From assembly GCA_951406725.2 (NCBI GenBank), contig OX597815.1, positions 69,192,001-69,256,000 of the forward strand: DNA of 64,000 bases, given 5' to 3'. Below are positions 27,485-39,756 of the stretch, piece after piece; within the stretch, counting starts at the first letter, position 1, and every line of letters begins with the position of its first letter. Under the pieces are notes generated by a model. That model saw only the letters and a list, made by a program, of their open reading frames with translations, searched no databases and had not been told where the DNA came from. The DNA is from Octopus vulgaris (taxonomy: Eukaryota). The position numbers and the translations under genes were made by a program.

Positions 27485-27840
27485 TCAGGCATGACATGTG
27501 GTTAAGTAGTGTGCTTCCCAGTCACATGGCTTCAGGTTCAGTCTCCCTGTGAGGCACCTTGGTAAGTATCTTCTACTATAGCCCTGGAACAACCAAAGCC
27601 TAGTGAATGGATCTGGAAGAAGCCTTTCATATGGTTGCATATATGTGTGTATGTGTGTGTGTATACATACATTATATATATATATATACATAATTGCTAA
27701 GGCTATGCAAACATCTCAAGTCATATGCATTATTATTAGAAAAAAATTCAAAGTCTTACAGTTGTTACCTAGCATACCTAGTAATTTAGATCACCTGTGA
27801 ACTAAACCCCCATATTATATATTATGTATATTATATACAC

Positions 27841-27879
<39 letters not shown>

Positions 27880-27884
<5 letters not shown>

Positions 27885-28132
27885 ATGCGCCCTTTTTAAA
27901 GCCTAGCCAGGCTCATGGGCCTGGTTTCCCGGTTTCTATGGCATATGTATTTCCCAGCTGGACAGGACGCCAGTCCATCACAGCGTTACTAGTTTTTGCC
28001 AGCTGAGTGGACTGGAGCAACATGAAATGAAGTGTTTTGCTCAAGAACACAACGCATCACCCGGTCCAGGAATCGAAACCACAATCTTACGATCATGGTG
28101 CTGACACCCTAACCACTAAGCCATGTGCCTCC
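27880..28132 (-). mobile_element. tRNA-derived SINE family C
   Basis: Minus strand shows A box TGGCTTAGTGG, B box GTTTCGATTCC, a CORE-like tgtgttcttgagcaaaacactt segment and gatggactggcgtcctgtccag. Related heads lie at 33310-33425(-) and 57066-57195(+). Confidence 0.8.
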
Positions 28133-28255
28133 ATATATATATGTATATATATATATGCTTATCATGAGGTCTTTTTTCATGTTATTAGTTGAACCTGGGA
28201 ACCAGATTTGAATTTTTTTCCATATTTCAATAACTTTTTTCTTATTTTGGATTTC

Positions 28256-28755
28256 TTACTATTTCAGCCTCGCCTCGTTTTTGCATATTCTGTATAATTC
28301 ACTAGTTATCGTTATAGATATTAAGATCTATCTCCCTTACAGGGCTGATTAGAAATTGGCTGCCGATTCTTCGCGGGGTTTTCTCTTCCCTTCTCTCCCC
28401 CTCTTTTTACATTGTCGTCTGTCTGGACTCCTCTCTTCCTACCACCCGCCATGGCTATGCATACTTAAGCTAGTAAACTGCCTCATTCTTGATTCCGAAT
28501 TCCTTTGCCAAGTCTGTCCGTAAACGAAGTGATCTCAAGATAAGAAATCTTTGAACTTTAATTCATCCGTATCTCTATTTATTATTATTATTTATTAATT
28601 ATTATTATTCTGATCCCCCTAGTCGCCACTCTGTTTACTATTTCAGCCTCGCCTCGTTTTTGCATATTCTGTATAATTCACTAGTTATCGTTATAGATAT
28701 TAAGATCTATCTCCCTTACAGGGCTGATTAGAAATTGGCTGCCGATTCTTCGCGG
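28256..28755. repeat. Two apparently identical 121 bp direct repeats (28256-28376 and 28635-28755)
   Basis: ttactatttcagcctcgcc...gccgattcttcgcgg occurs twice, with a period of 379 bp. Confidence 0.9.
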
Positions 28756-28832
28756 CGCGCCCGCCCTACCCACCCCCACCACCAATACCGGATATCTCTA
28801 TATTTGCTCCAACTATACCGGATGTCGTTTCT

Positions 28833-29477
28833 CCCACCACCATTATAGGTGTCTACTCTTTGAACCCCCTCTTCAATAAGCTATTTCACCATGCATTACC
28901 CCTCTCTCGATATCCTACGTTCTACTTGCCTAGAACCTGTCCTCTGAACCACCCCTCCCACTGGTGCTCCCCTATATTTCTACACCCCCCACCACCATTA
29001 TAGGTGTCTACTCTTTGAACCCCCTCTTCAATACGCTATTCACCATGCATTACCCCTCTCTCGATATCCTACGTTCTACTTGCCTAGAACCTGTCCTCTG
29101 AACCACCCCTCCCACTGGTGCTCACCCCTCCCACTGGTGCTCCCCTATATTTCTGCACCCCCTCCCACCATTATAGGTGTCTACTCTTTGAACCCCCCCT
29201 CTTCAATACGCTATTTCACCATGCATTACCCCTCTCTCGATATCCTACGTTCTACTTGCCTAGAACCTGTCCCCTGAACCACCCCTCCCACTGGTGCTCC
29301 CCTATATTTCTGCACCCCACACCACCATTATAGGTGTCTACTCTTTGAACGCCCCTCTTCAATACGCTATTTCACCATGCATTACCCCTCTCTCGATATC
29401 CTACGTTCTACTTGCCTAGTACCTGTCCTCTGAACCACCCCTCCCACTGGTGCTCCCCTATATTTCTGCACCCCCCC
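28833..29477. repeat. Tandem repeat, 4 x about 155 bp
   Basis: cattataggtgtctactctttgaa at 28841, 28996, 29169 and 29326. Unit 2 has a short internal duplication. Confidence 0.95.
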
Positions 29478-29715
29478 ATAAAAAGCACCATCCGAACGTG
29501 GCCGATGCCAGACCCCTCTGGCACCTGTGCAGGTGGCACGTAAAAAACACCCACTACACTCGCGGAGTGGTTGGCGTTAGGAAGGGCATCCAGCTGTAGA
29601 AACACTGCCAGACTAGACTGGAGCCTGGGGCAGTCCCGAGCTCCCCAGACCCCGGTCGAAACCGTCCAACCCGTGCTAGCGCGGAAAACGGACGTTAAAC
29701 GATGATGATGATGAT
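29478..29715 (+). mobile_element. Young RTE LINE 3' tail
   Basis: Highly similar to the 3' UTR of the long RTE copy (61300-61745), CpGs retained, (GAT)n tail. Confidence 0.9.
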
Positions 29716-29828
29716 ATATGTATATATATATATGTATATATATATGTATATATATCTATATAAGTTGGTTTCAATTTTTGAATAATCCGTAACAAGATAA
29801 TTCATCTTTCCATTTCAACAAATATATC

Positions 29829-29866
<38 letters not shown>

Positions 29867-29875
29867 TATATATAC

Positions 29876-29924
<49 letters not shown>

Positions 29925-29931
29925 TATATAC

Positions 29932-30020
<89 letters not shown>

Positions 30021-30154
30021 ATATCCTAACGAACTAAAAGAAATTGAATAATAGAAGAAATGCATTTTTTGCATTTTCTATATGCTGCCTTCTCAGTTTT
30101 TACATGTTTCTTCTATTATTCAATATTTTTTTAGTTTGTTATGATATGTGGTTT

Positions 30155-30208
30155 GTGCCTGAAGAATATGTTTGAGTATTTCTCAACATATGAAACTATT
30201 AGTAGCAC
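30155..30208 (+). ncRNA. Minimal type I hammerhead ribozyme (Penelope-like element associated)
   Basis: GUGC-CUGAAGA-[AUAUGUU ugaguauuucuc AACAUAU]-GAA-[ACU auu AGU]-A/GCAC. All core nucleotides are present and helices I, II and III pair. Confidence 0.75.
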
Positions 30209-30309
30209 TTAAAAACATGTATTGTGCTCTTTAAATAAATGATATTTATCTCTCACCAGATAGAGTACTTTTTTGTTGAATTTTCTATCATGGAACATAT
30301 ACCAATATA

Positions 30310-30490
30310 CAAGGTGTCCCAAAAGTCACTGATGGTTTCAATTTTTAATAACTTCTGTAACCTTACAAATAAATGCATGAAATTTTGATACAATATAAAG
30401 GACATAATGGAAATTAATGTGCATAAGTCAAATTTTGCAACACCACTACATCGCATATGAAAAATGACATTACTTAAATGGCAGCCATTT
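30310..30490 (+). mobile_element. Tc1/mariner-type terminal fragment
   Basis: TA|CAAGGTGTCCCAAAAGTC resembles a Tc1/mariner TIR. No partner TIR found. Confidence 0.4.
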
Positions 30491-30719
30491 TAGACTTCCC
30501 ATGCCTGTGCTTTTTCCAAAACTTATGTATGTATGTATGCATGTAAGTATGTAAGTATGTAAGTATGTATGTATGTTTATGCACACACATTTATGCATGT
30601 ATATGTGTATATGCACACACTTACATCACAACTTCAAACACTGCCCTATATCAAGGTATGTTTTGCCATACCTTCCCCACTTTTTCCTACATCTTCCCAA
30701 TTTTGCAAGTTCCACTAAC

Positions 30720-32780
30720 TTGAAAAGCTCAGTATTTCCTTATACAGTAGTCACTCTCCATATGCATCACATGTTCATACCAGCACAGCAACCTCAGTTG
30801 CAGAGTACACCTCATTCCTCTTACCCAATTTTCTTAGCTAATTTGTATTCTGGCATACATGCACAGTAATATTGCATATTCATCAGAGCATGCTAGTTTC
30901 TTTTCTTTCAAGTCTTCAGAAGTCTTCTGCATTAAAGATCCATGTTTCACAACTATACAGCTCTTCAATTTTAATACCACTGAAGGAGAAGATCTTTGTT
31001 GCCGGCAGTGATAATAGTACCCTGAACCTTTTCCAACCCATTTTTGTACAACTACTATACTACTGTAGTTTCTGAAAAACCAACTCTTCTGCTAATTATG
31101 TATCCTAGTTAAAAAGACTACCAACTACTTCTAGTGAACCCGTTAGGTATTTAAGAGAATGTATTCTTAGTGAGTTCTTAGTACATATTGTTCCAGTGCA
31201 TCTACCACACACAGTGCTTACCATCTCTGATAGCCTACTTGTGATTTCACTATATCACTTGTGTGTCCAAAGCATACACTGGGTACAGTAAATGGAGTTC
31301 CTACCTACACCTTCTTTCCATATCAAGCAAGGCTATTTCCCTGATAATTCAGTGGTCCTGTTGTCTCTTCTACATACTAAGACCTTAATCTTTACTAAAT
31401 TTACCATTAGACCTCTCAATTCCAAATTTAGTTTCTCTATCTGGAATTTCATTTCTGATTCCATCATAAATTCAGTTATAAGAATGAGATCAGCATACAG
31501 GAATTCCCATGGGCATCCAATCCAAAACTCCTCTGTGATAATCTGTAGGAAGATGATGAATTGTTTGATGACTGAGGACTGAACCTTGATAGACTCCTAC
31601 CTTCACACTAAATTTGTTGCTGAATTTTCATTGAATCTCACTGCATCATTATACAAAGTGTTCAGGCTGAATTTGAGAATGTTTTATGTCCACTTTTTTC
31701 ATGAACAACTTGATGTATTGGTAAACAGTCGATGGCTTTGGAGAGCATAAAGAATAGATAACTTGATAAAAAGTTAGCTGACATGAAGGACTGGAAACCA
31801 TCTGAATATTGGAAAAGAATTACCTGAATCATGATGATTTGCACCAGGTATCAAAATGCCAACATCATGACTGCTACTCAATTCTCTGTGAACACTGTAA
31901 AGGCTGAAAGATGTGACATGGACAGCTACAATGGAGTCTATAAAGCTGTGACCAGCAAGAAGGGATACAACAGGTGTTTCAACTATGTCTGCACAATGGA
32001 ATTCATCAAACACATCTTTGAAGAGGGCCTTAGGCTCTATTCAGATTGCTATGTGAACAATCCCTGGCTGGAGAAGGTTGCTGCAGGATTCTATTCCTTG
32101 CCATATATCTGGAAAGAGTCAGAGTGGTTTTGACATTACCAACTCCAATTTCTGGCTTCTTAATTCCCCTGATTGTAATCCCATGGATTACTATGTGTAA
32201 AGCGTAGTTGAGAAAGACACCAACTACACTACTTGCAGTACCAAGGTCAAGCTGGTGGCCAACATCAGGGAGGTGTTTGAAGAGCTTCCCAGAGACACAG
32301 TGAAGGATGCATATGCCAAGCTCTGGAGCTGTTTTGGTGGGCAGCTACTCTGAGTAAACTGTTATCTGCCAGCCATAATCTAGTTGATGTCTCCAGATTT
32401 TTAAAAAATATTTTATTTTTGGATGGGATGTGTTTTTTTTTTACTTTTTATGCTAGCTGTCAAATTTTGCCTGAACATCCTGTATATAGCCTGTACCATT
32501 CTCACAAACCATTCATTTACACCTAGTTTCTTTAGTGAGCACCAAATTACTGACTGTGACACTCTATCAAAGGCCTTCACCTCAATGAATTCAAGATATA
32601 GTAGTTTACTCTTAGCCAAGTATTTCTCCTGCAGTTGTCTTGCTTGCATGATTGCATCTACTGGCCATGAAGCTGAACTGCATCTCATCTAGATTAACTT
32701 TGTTTTGGCTGGCTCTGTTGTGATATCCCTCTCTTCATAACCTTTATAGCCTGCTCTGATAATTTGATGCCTCTGTAATA
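30720..32780 (-). mobile_element. Degenerate RTE LINE fragment interrupted by a DNA transposon
   Basis: Minus strand reads RQLQEKYLAKSK...KAFDRV...WFVRMVQAI and continues after the insert towards GCPWEFLYADL. The PHD-region cysteines are also recognisable. Confidence 0.85.
31654..32482 (+). mobile_element. Internally deleted Tc1/mariner (maT/DD37D-like) transposon
   Basis: TIRs CAAAGTGTTCAGGCTGAATTTGA and TCAAATTTTGCCTGAACATCCTG flanked by TA. Remnant motif FWLLNSPDCNPMDYYV. The RTE sequence rejoins across the insertion. Confidence 0.8.
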
Positions 32781-32971
32781 TCCTCTCTTCTTTACTCATG
32801 TAAGTTTATGACTATCATGTATCCTACCTCACAGACATTTTGAATCATTTCAAATGACTATCGTCGAAGGGCCAGCATCTTCCTCTGCCTTCATGTCCTA
32901 CTACATTGTTGTCAGCTGGAGCTGCTACAAAACTATGCTCTACCTATATTTATAATATGTGTGTATGCATG

Positions 32972-33008
<37 letters not shown>

Positions 33009-33549
33009 GATGATAGTGATACAGAGGAAAGAGAGAAGAGATAGCCTCTCTTCATCCTATACATTCTCCATATTTCACTACCACTCATAATAACACTTCC
33101 ATACCTTTTTCTAGCTGTCTGTAGCAATCTGTGTGTATAGGACACTCTGTCAGTTACGACAATTGATGTTCCAGGTGATCTGATCAACTGAACAGCCTGC
33201 TCGTGAAATTAACACTCAAGTGGCTGAGCACTCCACAGATATGTGTACCCTTCACATACTTTTCAACAGGATTCAGCATGACACAGAATGTGACAAGGCT
33301 GGTCTTGTCACATTCCAGCTGAGTGGACTGGAGCAACATGAAATATAAAGTCTTGCTCAAAGGCACAATGTGATGTCAGGTATTGAGCTCACAACCTTAC
33401 GATTGAGAGCTGGATGCCCTAACCTATGAGTATGTATATAACACATATATATATTCTCTTTTCCATGCTTGCATGGGTCGAATGGAATTTGTTGAGGTGG
33501 ATTTTCTACAGCTGGATGCCCTTTTTGGTGCTAACCTTCTTCCAACTGT

Positions 33550-34321
33550 TAAACATTGAGGAGGATCTGTAATGATCTGGGGTGCTATATCTTGGAAATC
33601 CACCAGCCCAATGGTTTCCCTTCATGGCAGAATTAATAGTCAAGACTGTTTAAGCATTTTATCTGATCAAATTCACCCTATAGTTGCGGAACTATTTCTG
33701 AAAGGAAATGCAATCTTTCAGGATGATAATGCACCAATTCACACAGCTAAAGTTGTTACTGAATGGCATGAGGAACATTCTAGTGAAGTTGAACATGTTA
33801 TCTGGCCACCACAGCCCCTAGATCTCAATATTATTGAACATTATTGAACGTTCGAAGGTGGTGAAGCACGACCTTCGAACGAATTAATAGTCAAGACTGT
33901 TTCAGCATTTTATCTGATCAAATTCACCCTATAGTTGCGGAACTATTTCTGAAAGGAAATGCAATCTTTCAGGATGATAATGCACCAATTCACACAGCTA
34001 AAGTTGTTACTGAATGGCATGAGGAACATTCTAGTGAAGTTGAACATGTTATCTGGCCACCACAGCCCCTAGATCTCAATATTATTGAACATTTACGGTG
34101 CATTTTTGAAAAACTAGGAGTCGATATCCTCCACCATCATCACCACAAGAACTGGAGAATGTTTTAGCTGAAAAATGGTCAAAAATTCCTTTGGAAACAA
34201 TTTAAACTTTGTACAAGCCCATATCTTGTAGAATTCATGCTGTAATTACTGCCAAATTACCCCATATTAAAATAAATTTGTTTGAAATTTTAAGGTGTTT
34301 CCATTATTTTGTCCACCCCTG
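33550..34321 (+). mobile_element. Tc1 transposase 3' relic with internal tandem duplication and right TIR
   Basis: VMIWGAIS, FQDDNAPIHTAK and WPPQPLDLNIIEH motifs. Right TIR ggtgtttccattattttgtccacccctg|TA. Confidence 0.9.
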
Positions 34322-34326
34322 TAAAT

Positions 34327-34418
<92 letters not shown>

Positions 34419-34567
34419 GAAACATCTTTCAGTTTCTATCATCTAAATTTGGTCTGTTTGGTGTTGTAGCAGAAGATACTGGCCCAAGGTGCTCTGCAGT
34501 GGGACTGAACTCAAGACTATATGGTTGGGAAGCAAGCTTCTTAACTACATAAGCATGCCTGTATATG

Positions 34568-34630
<63 letters not shown>

Positions 34631-34678
34631 CTCTATCTCTCTATCTATCTATCTATCTCTCACCTTCCCCCTCCCCCT

Positions 34679-34723
<45 letters not shown>

Positions 34724-34739
34724 TATATTATATTCCATT

Positions 34740-35700
34740 TGTTTCTTTTGTTGTCTGCAAAAAAAGTTTGTATTCCATGTTTTGTATTTTGTATTTTATA
34801 TTCTTTTCGTATTTCATGTTGTTTATGTTCTGTGGTGTCCTGTGCCCATATATGCATGTGCATATACATATATATGTATGTATGCATATATATTTATATA
34901 TTATTTATATTATTATATGATTGAATGCCATGCATCCATTTCCAAGTAAGTTTTATCTTAATAATTTTGATGCAACACTTATCCTATCTCTTTCTGTTTC
35001 TCCTCTTTTGTTTCATCTCACTAATTCTTTTTATGTCCCCTTCTCCCCCTTTCATTTTTTCTCTCTCGTCCTTTCTCTAATTCTTTCCCTCTCCCCTTTG
35101 CTGTTCTCTGTCTGTCCCTCTCTCTCCCTCACTCTTCTGCCTTTGCTCTCTTGTTGTTTGCACATAACCATTGGCAATCTTTCTTTTCTTAACTTGAATT
35201 TCTTTCTTTCTCTTTGATCAATCACAGGGATAAGACACATTCTTGTCTGTCTCCTGTCAGAGCTTGTTCCTCCACATTCACCAAATCAACTCGTTCAGGT
35301 ATAACAGCTTTTCCTGTTTGTTTTCACTGTCCTGTTTTTGTTACCAACCTTGACTCTGCAAAACCCCAAATTTTATTTAATTTGCTTTGCAGGAGCAATT
35401 GCTTTGTCAAAAAAGTATCTTGTCGTTAATTGCTTGAAATGTGAAGTAGAAAAACAGCCAGCAACTGATGAAGGGTCGTTTTTTTGATGTTGCTTGTCTT
35501 GTTTTCCTTTCTTTCTTTTGTTGTTCACAAAAAAAGTTTGTATTCCATGCTTTTGTATTTCGTATTTTATGTTGTTTTCGTATTTCATATTGTTTACATT
35601 TTGTGGTGTCCTGTGCCCATATATGCTAGTGCATATACATATATATGTATGTACATATATGTATGTATGCATATATATTTATATTATATATATATATATA
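34740..35700. repeat. Element bounded by diverged direct repeats of about 180 bp (possible Penelope-like partial tandem)
   Basis: 34742-34915 resembles 35512-35695 (aaaaaagtttgtattccatg...gtcctgtgcccatatatgc). Confidence 0.55.
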
Positions 35701-35721
35701 TATAGATAGATAGATATAGAT

Positions 35722-36228
35722 ATATCTTTTATTTGTTTCAGTCATTTGATTGTGGCCATGCTAAAGCACTACTTTTAGTCGAGCAAATTGACCCAATACT
35801 TATTCTTTGTAAGTTTAGTACTTATTCTATTGGTCTCTTTTGCCTAACCACTAAGTTACGAGGATGTAAACACACCAGCATCGGTTGTCAAGCGATGGTG
35901 GGGGGGGGACAAACACACACACACACAAACATATACACACACATACATATATATATATACAATGGGATTCTTTCAGTTTCCGTCTACCAAATCCACTCAC
36001 AAGACTTTGGTCGGCCTGAAGCTATAGTAGAAGACACTTGCCCAAGGTGCCATGTGGTTAGTCATCATTCATCATTGTTCGACCGTGGTCGAGACAATAG
36101 GAGAGTGTGCGCCCTCTGGTGTTGCGAGTAGATGGCTTCCAGAGGAGAAGAGTAGAAATTACTTCTTTTTCAGCTCTACAACAATGAATTCATGTGGTTA
36201 GTAAACAAACTTATCACACAGCCACTCA
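35722..36228 (-). mobile_element. SINE family A carrying a 128 bp insertion
   Basis: Reverse complement of family A, interrupted at 36063-36190. Confidence 0.8.
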
Positions 36229-36486
36229 TATGCATATTCTGTTATTCTTTTATTCCTTTACTTGTTTTAGTCATATGACTGGGACCATGCTGGAGTACCA
36301 CCTTAAAGGGTTTTTTAGTCGAAGAGATTGACCCCAGGACTTATTCTTTATAAGCCTAGTGCTTATTCTATTGATTTCTTTTGCTGAACCACTAAGTTAT
36401 GTGGACGTAAACACACTAACATTGGTTATCGAACGATGGTGGAAGACACATACAAACATAAAGACACACATAAATATATACATATA

Positions 36487-37702
36487 TTGAGTCATCGCAT
36501 AAATAATGTGTTTTTTTTATACTTTTTTTTTCAAAATTAAGATAAACAAAGTTGTTTTTTAATTTAAAATATACTCTCCTTCATTTCATACAATGCTCTT
36601 CCATCCGTCTGGTAGACTTGCAAGGCCCATCTTCCAAAATTCACTTGTCTGTGAAGAAAAATACTCCTCCAGTATTGTTCAGACCTCATCTACAGAATTC
36701 ATATTTTTTCCATTCAAATGATTTTGAAGACTGTGGAATAACTGATAATCAGATGGGGCAATATCTGGTGAATATGGTGGGTGGGGCATCGTTTCCCATT
36801 CAAACTGCTCCAGCCTTTGAACGTCATCCTCGCTATATGTAGCTGAGCATTATCCTGATGGAAGAACACTGTTTGTCTTGAAACCAAAGATGGTCATTTT
36901 CCTTCTAGTGCTGACTTAAGTTGCTCAAGCTGCTCACTGTAGATCTCTTTTGTAATCATTTGGTTTAGGTTTAAAAGTTTCCACCAAACAGATAACAACA
37001 CCTTCTTACATGGGTGAAGACCTTTATCCTGGGGTGCCAGTATTTCTTCTTTCCCTACCCACTGTCTTCAGCATTTAACATTTTTATAGAGAACTCCTTT
37101 CTCATCACCAGTAACTATTTGGTCCTAAAAAGGTTTATTTGTGAGATGTGACAGCAAAGAAAAGCACACATTTATTCTCTGCGTGTGATTACTCGGAAAG
37201 TTTGTGAGGAACCCACTGGCCCAATTTGCAGCATGTGGTTGTTGATGAATGGTTGAATGATGAAATCTAAGCTTCTCTGCTAGTTCCACAACAGTTACCA
37301 TGGGATTTTGTTCCACCAGGGCTTGCAGGACATCATCGTCGAGCTCTACAGATCTTCCAGAATGAGGCTTGTCTTCTAGGCTGTAGTTTCCAGCTCAGAA
37401 TTACTGGAACCATCATTGACACTGGTTTACACTTATTGTCTGATCCCCATATACTGCGTTAATATTCCTGACACTTTTTGTTACATTATTGCCTTTATTA
37501 AACTCATAAAGCAAAATATACCGAATATGCTCCTTTGTCATTTCCATTAAAGCTTTGAAAAAATAACTGTTAAAATCGAACTGCACTCTTCAAAACTTGC
37601 ACTAGGAATAAATACAAGGTAAAATTACTATCTGCTTTTATAGCAAGTTGATGCAGGTAGTTTATCCTCTGACTTTTAGTTCATATCTATGGGATGACCC
37701 AA
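36487..37702 (-). mobile_element. Mariner transposon relic nested in SINE A (36241-37865)
   Basis: TIRs TTGAGTCATCGCATA and TATGGGATGACCCAA with TA flanks. The minus-strand ATG at 37547 begins MEMTKEHIRYILLYEF, and WETMPHPPYSPDIAPSDY is present. Frameshifted. Confidence 0.9.
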
Positions 37703-38960
37703 TATATATATATGACGGGCTTCTTTTAGTTTCCATCTACCAAATCCACTTGCAAGGTTTTAGTCAGCCTGAGGCTATAGTAGAAGACACTTGCCCAAGG
37801 TGCCACACAATGGAACTGAACCCAGAACCATGTGGTTGGGAAGCAAGTTTCTTATCACACAGCCACACACACACACACATATGCGCAAGCACACAGTGAT
37901 AGTGATACAGAGATGGAAGGAAGGAAAAGCAGCAGTGGCAACACTTAAACATTAGGTGTAGGCTGCAGTAGGAGAAAAAGAACAATAAACAAACCTAATA
38001 ACTATGTATAAGAAAAAGAAGGAAATATATTTAGTAAAAGAGTAGTAGTGGGAGATGACTTTGGTAAAATAATGGATGAACTGGTGAAGAGGTAGGATGA
38101 TGTGTAGGGGTAATAGAGGTGATGGTGGAGGGTGCAATGAATAGATGGTAAGAGAGTGTTGGAGGAGGGGAAGGGATGTGGCTATGTCATCACAATTTGA
38201 TCATGTGATATGTGCTTGATTGCAATTCATTTAGCCAAGATGTTTTATGATTGCCTATAATGGTGGTTGTCCAGAGAGCAGGAGAGAGAGAGAGGGAGGG
38301 AGAGAGAGAAAAGGAGTGAGTGAGTGATTGATGGTGGTGACAGTGAAGGGAAGAGAAAAATTCAATGTAAAAATGGCAGGACAGGTTAAAAGAGGTAACT
38401 GAGAAAGAAGGAAAGAGGCTAAAAGGGTGAAAAATACGAGGAAGAAAGATGAAGAGTAAAGTGATAGGTTATGAGAAAACTGACTGTAAGATAAGTTATA
38501 GTAGTGTAAAGTATAAGACTAAAAGAAAGCCATAATACAAGAGACAGAAAGAAAGATAAAATATAAGACTAAGATTATTCACACAATAATACACACACAC
38601 ATACACACACATGTATGTATATGTGTGTATGTATATATATTTATATATATATATGCATGTGTGTGTATATATATCATCATCATCAATTCGTGTGTGTATA
38701 TATATATGTATATGTGTGTGTATGTGTGTGTGTGTAATGCATGTGTGTGTATACACACAGACACGCACGCATGCACACACACACACACATACAGATACAC
38801 ACAAGCACACATACACACACACACATGCACAGATAATGATAATTGATAATTGGCAGGAAAATTACAAGCAGGACTTGTGGTCCAAGAGTTTTGTTAGTGA
38901 CACTTAAACTTATATATGGTTGTGCCCCAGCATGGGCATAGGTGCATGGCTGTTACTAGG

Positions 38961-38992
<32 letters not shown>

Positions 38993-39227
38993 ATACTCAC
39001 ACACATACACACATGCACTCGCACACATGCACACACACAAATGCACAGATAGATAGACAGACAGCTAAATCTTATTAACAGAGTAATTAGAATTACACAA
39101 AGTTATAATTGTATGACCACCAGAATGTGTGTGTTTGTGTGTGTGTGTGTGTGTGTGTACAGGTGAACGAAAAAGAGGGAGAATAAAACAGTAGGCTCTA
39201 TGAAAGGAAGATTTGTGTCATTTGAAG

Positions 39228-39262
<35 letters not shown>

Positions 39263-39393
39263 AATGCAACACAGTATGTATAGGTTGGTATCACTGAGTA
39301 AAAGGGAGGCAATCAAGGTGGTATGACGCATGAGGTGATATGAGGTATCCGGCTGGAGAGTGTGGGGTACATATAGATAAATGTGTGCGTGCA

Positions 39394-39468
<75 letters not shown>

Positions 39469-39706
39469 ACAAACCCACATACATACCTGCATATATTTTT
39501 CTATATATATATGTGCAGGTGAGATTGTGTGCATGTATGTGTGTGTATAGAGAGAAAGAGTGAGAGAGAGAGAGAGACAGAGAGAGAGAGAGAGACAGAG
39601 ACGGAGAGAGAGACACACACACACAGATTATGGTAGCAGGACATGTAAAAGGAGATGTAACTAAGACAATGAGACAGAAAAAAAAATGAATGTGTGCATG
39701 TGTGTG

Positions 39707-39756
<50 letters not shown>

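Noticed and set aside
28040-28132. tRNA gene (A and B boxes on the minus strand)
   Set aside because: No convincing cloverleaf, and it continues into a SINE body with related copies elsewhere.
28833-29477. Regular array as a possible CRISPR
   Set aside because: Whole units of about 155 bp are repeated with no unique spacers, there are no cas genes, and the context is eukaryotic.
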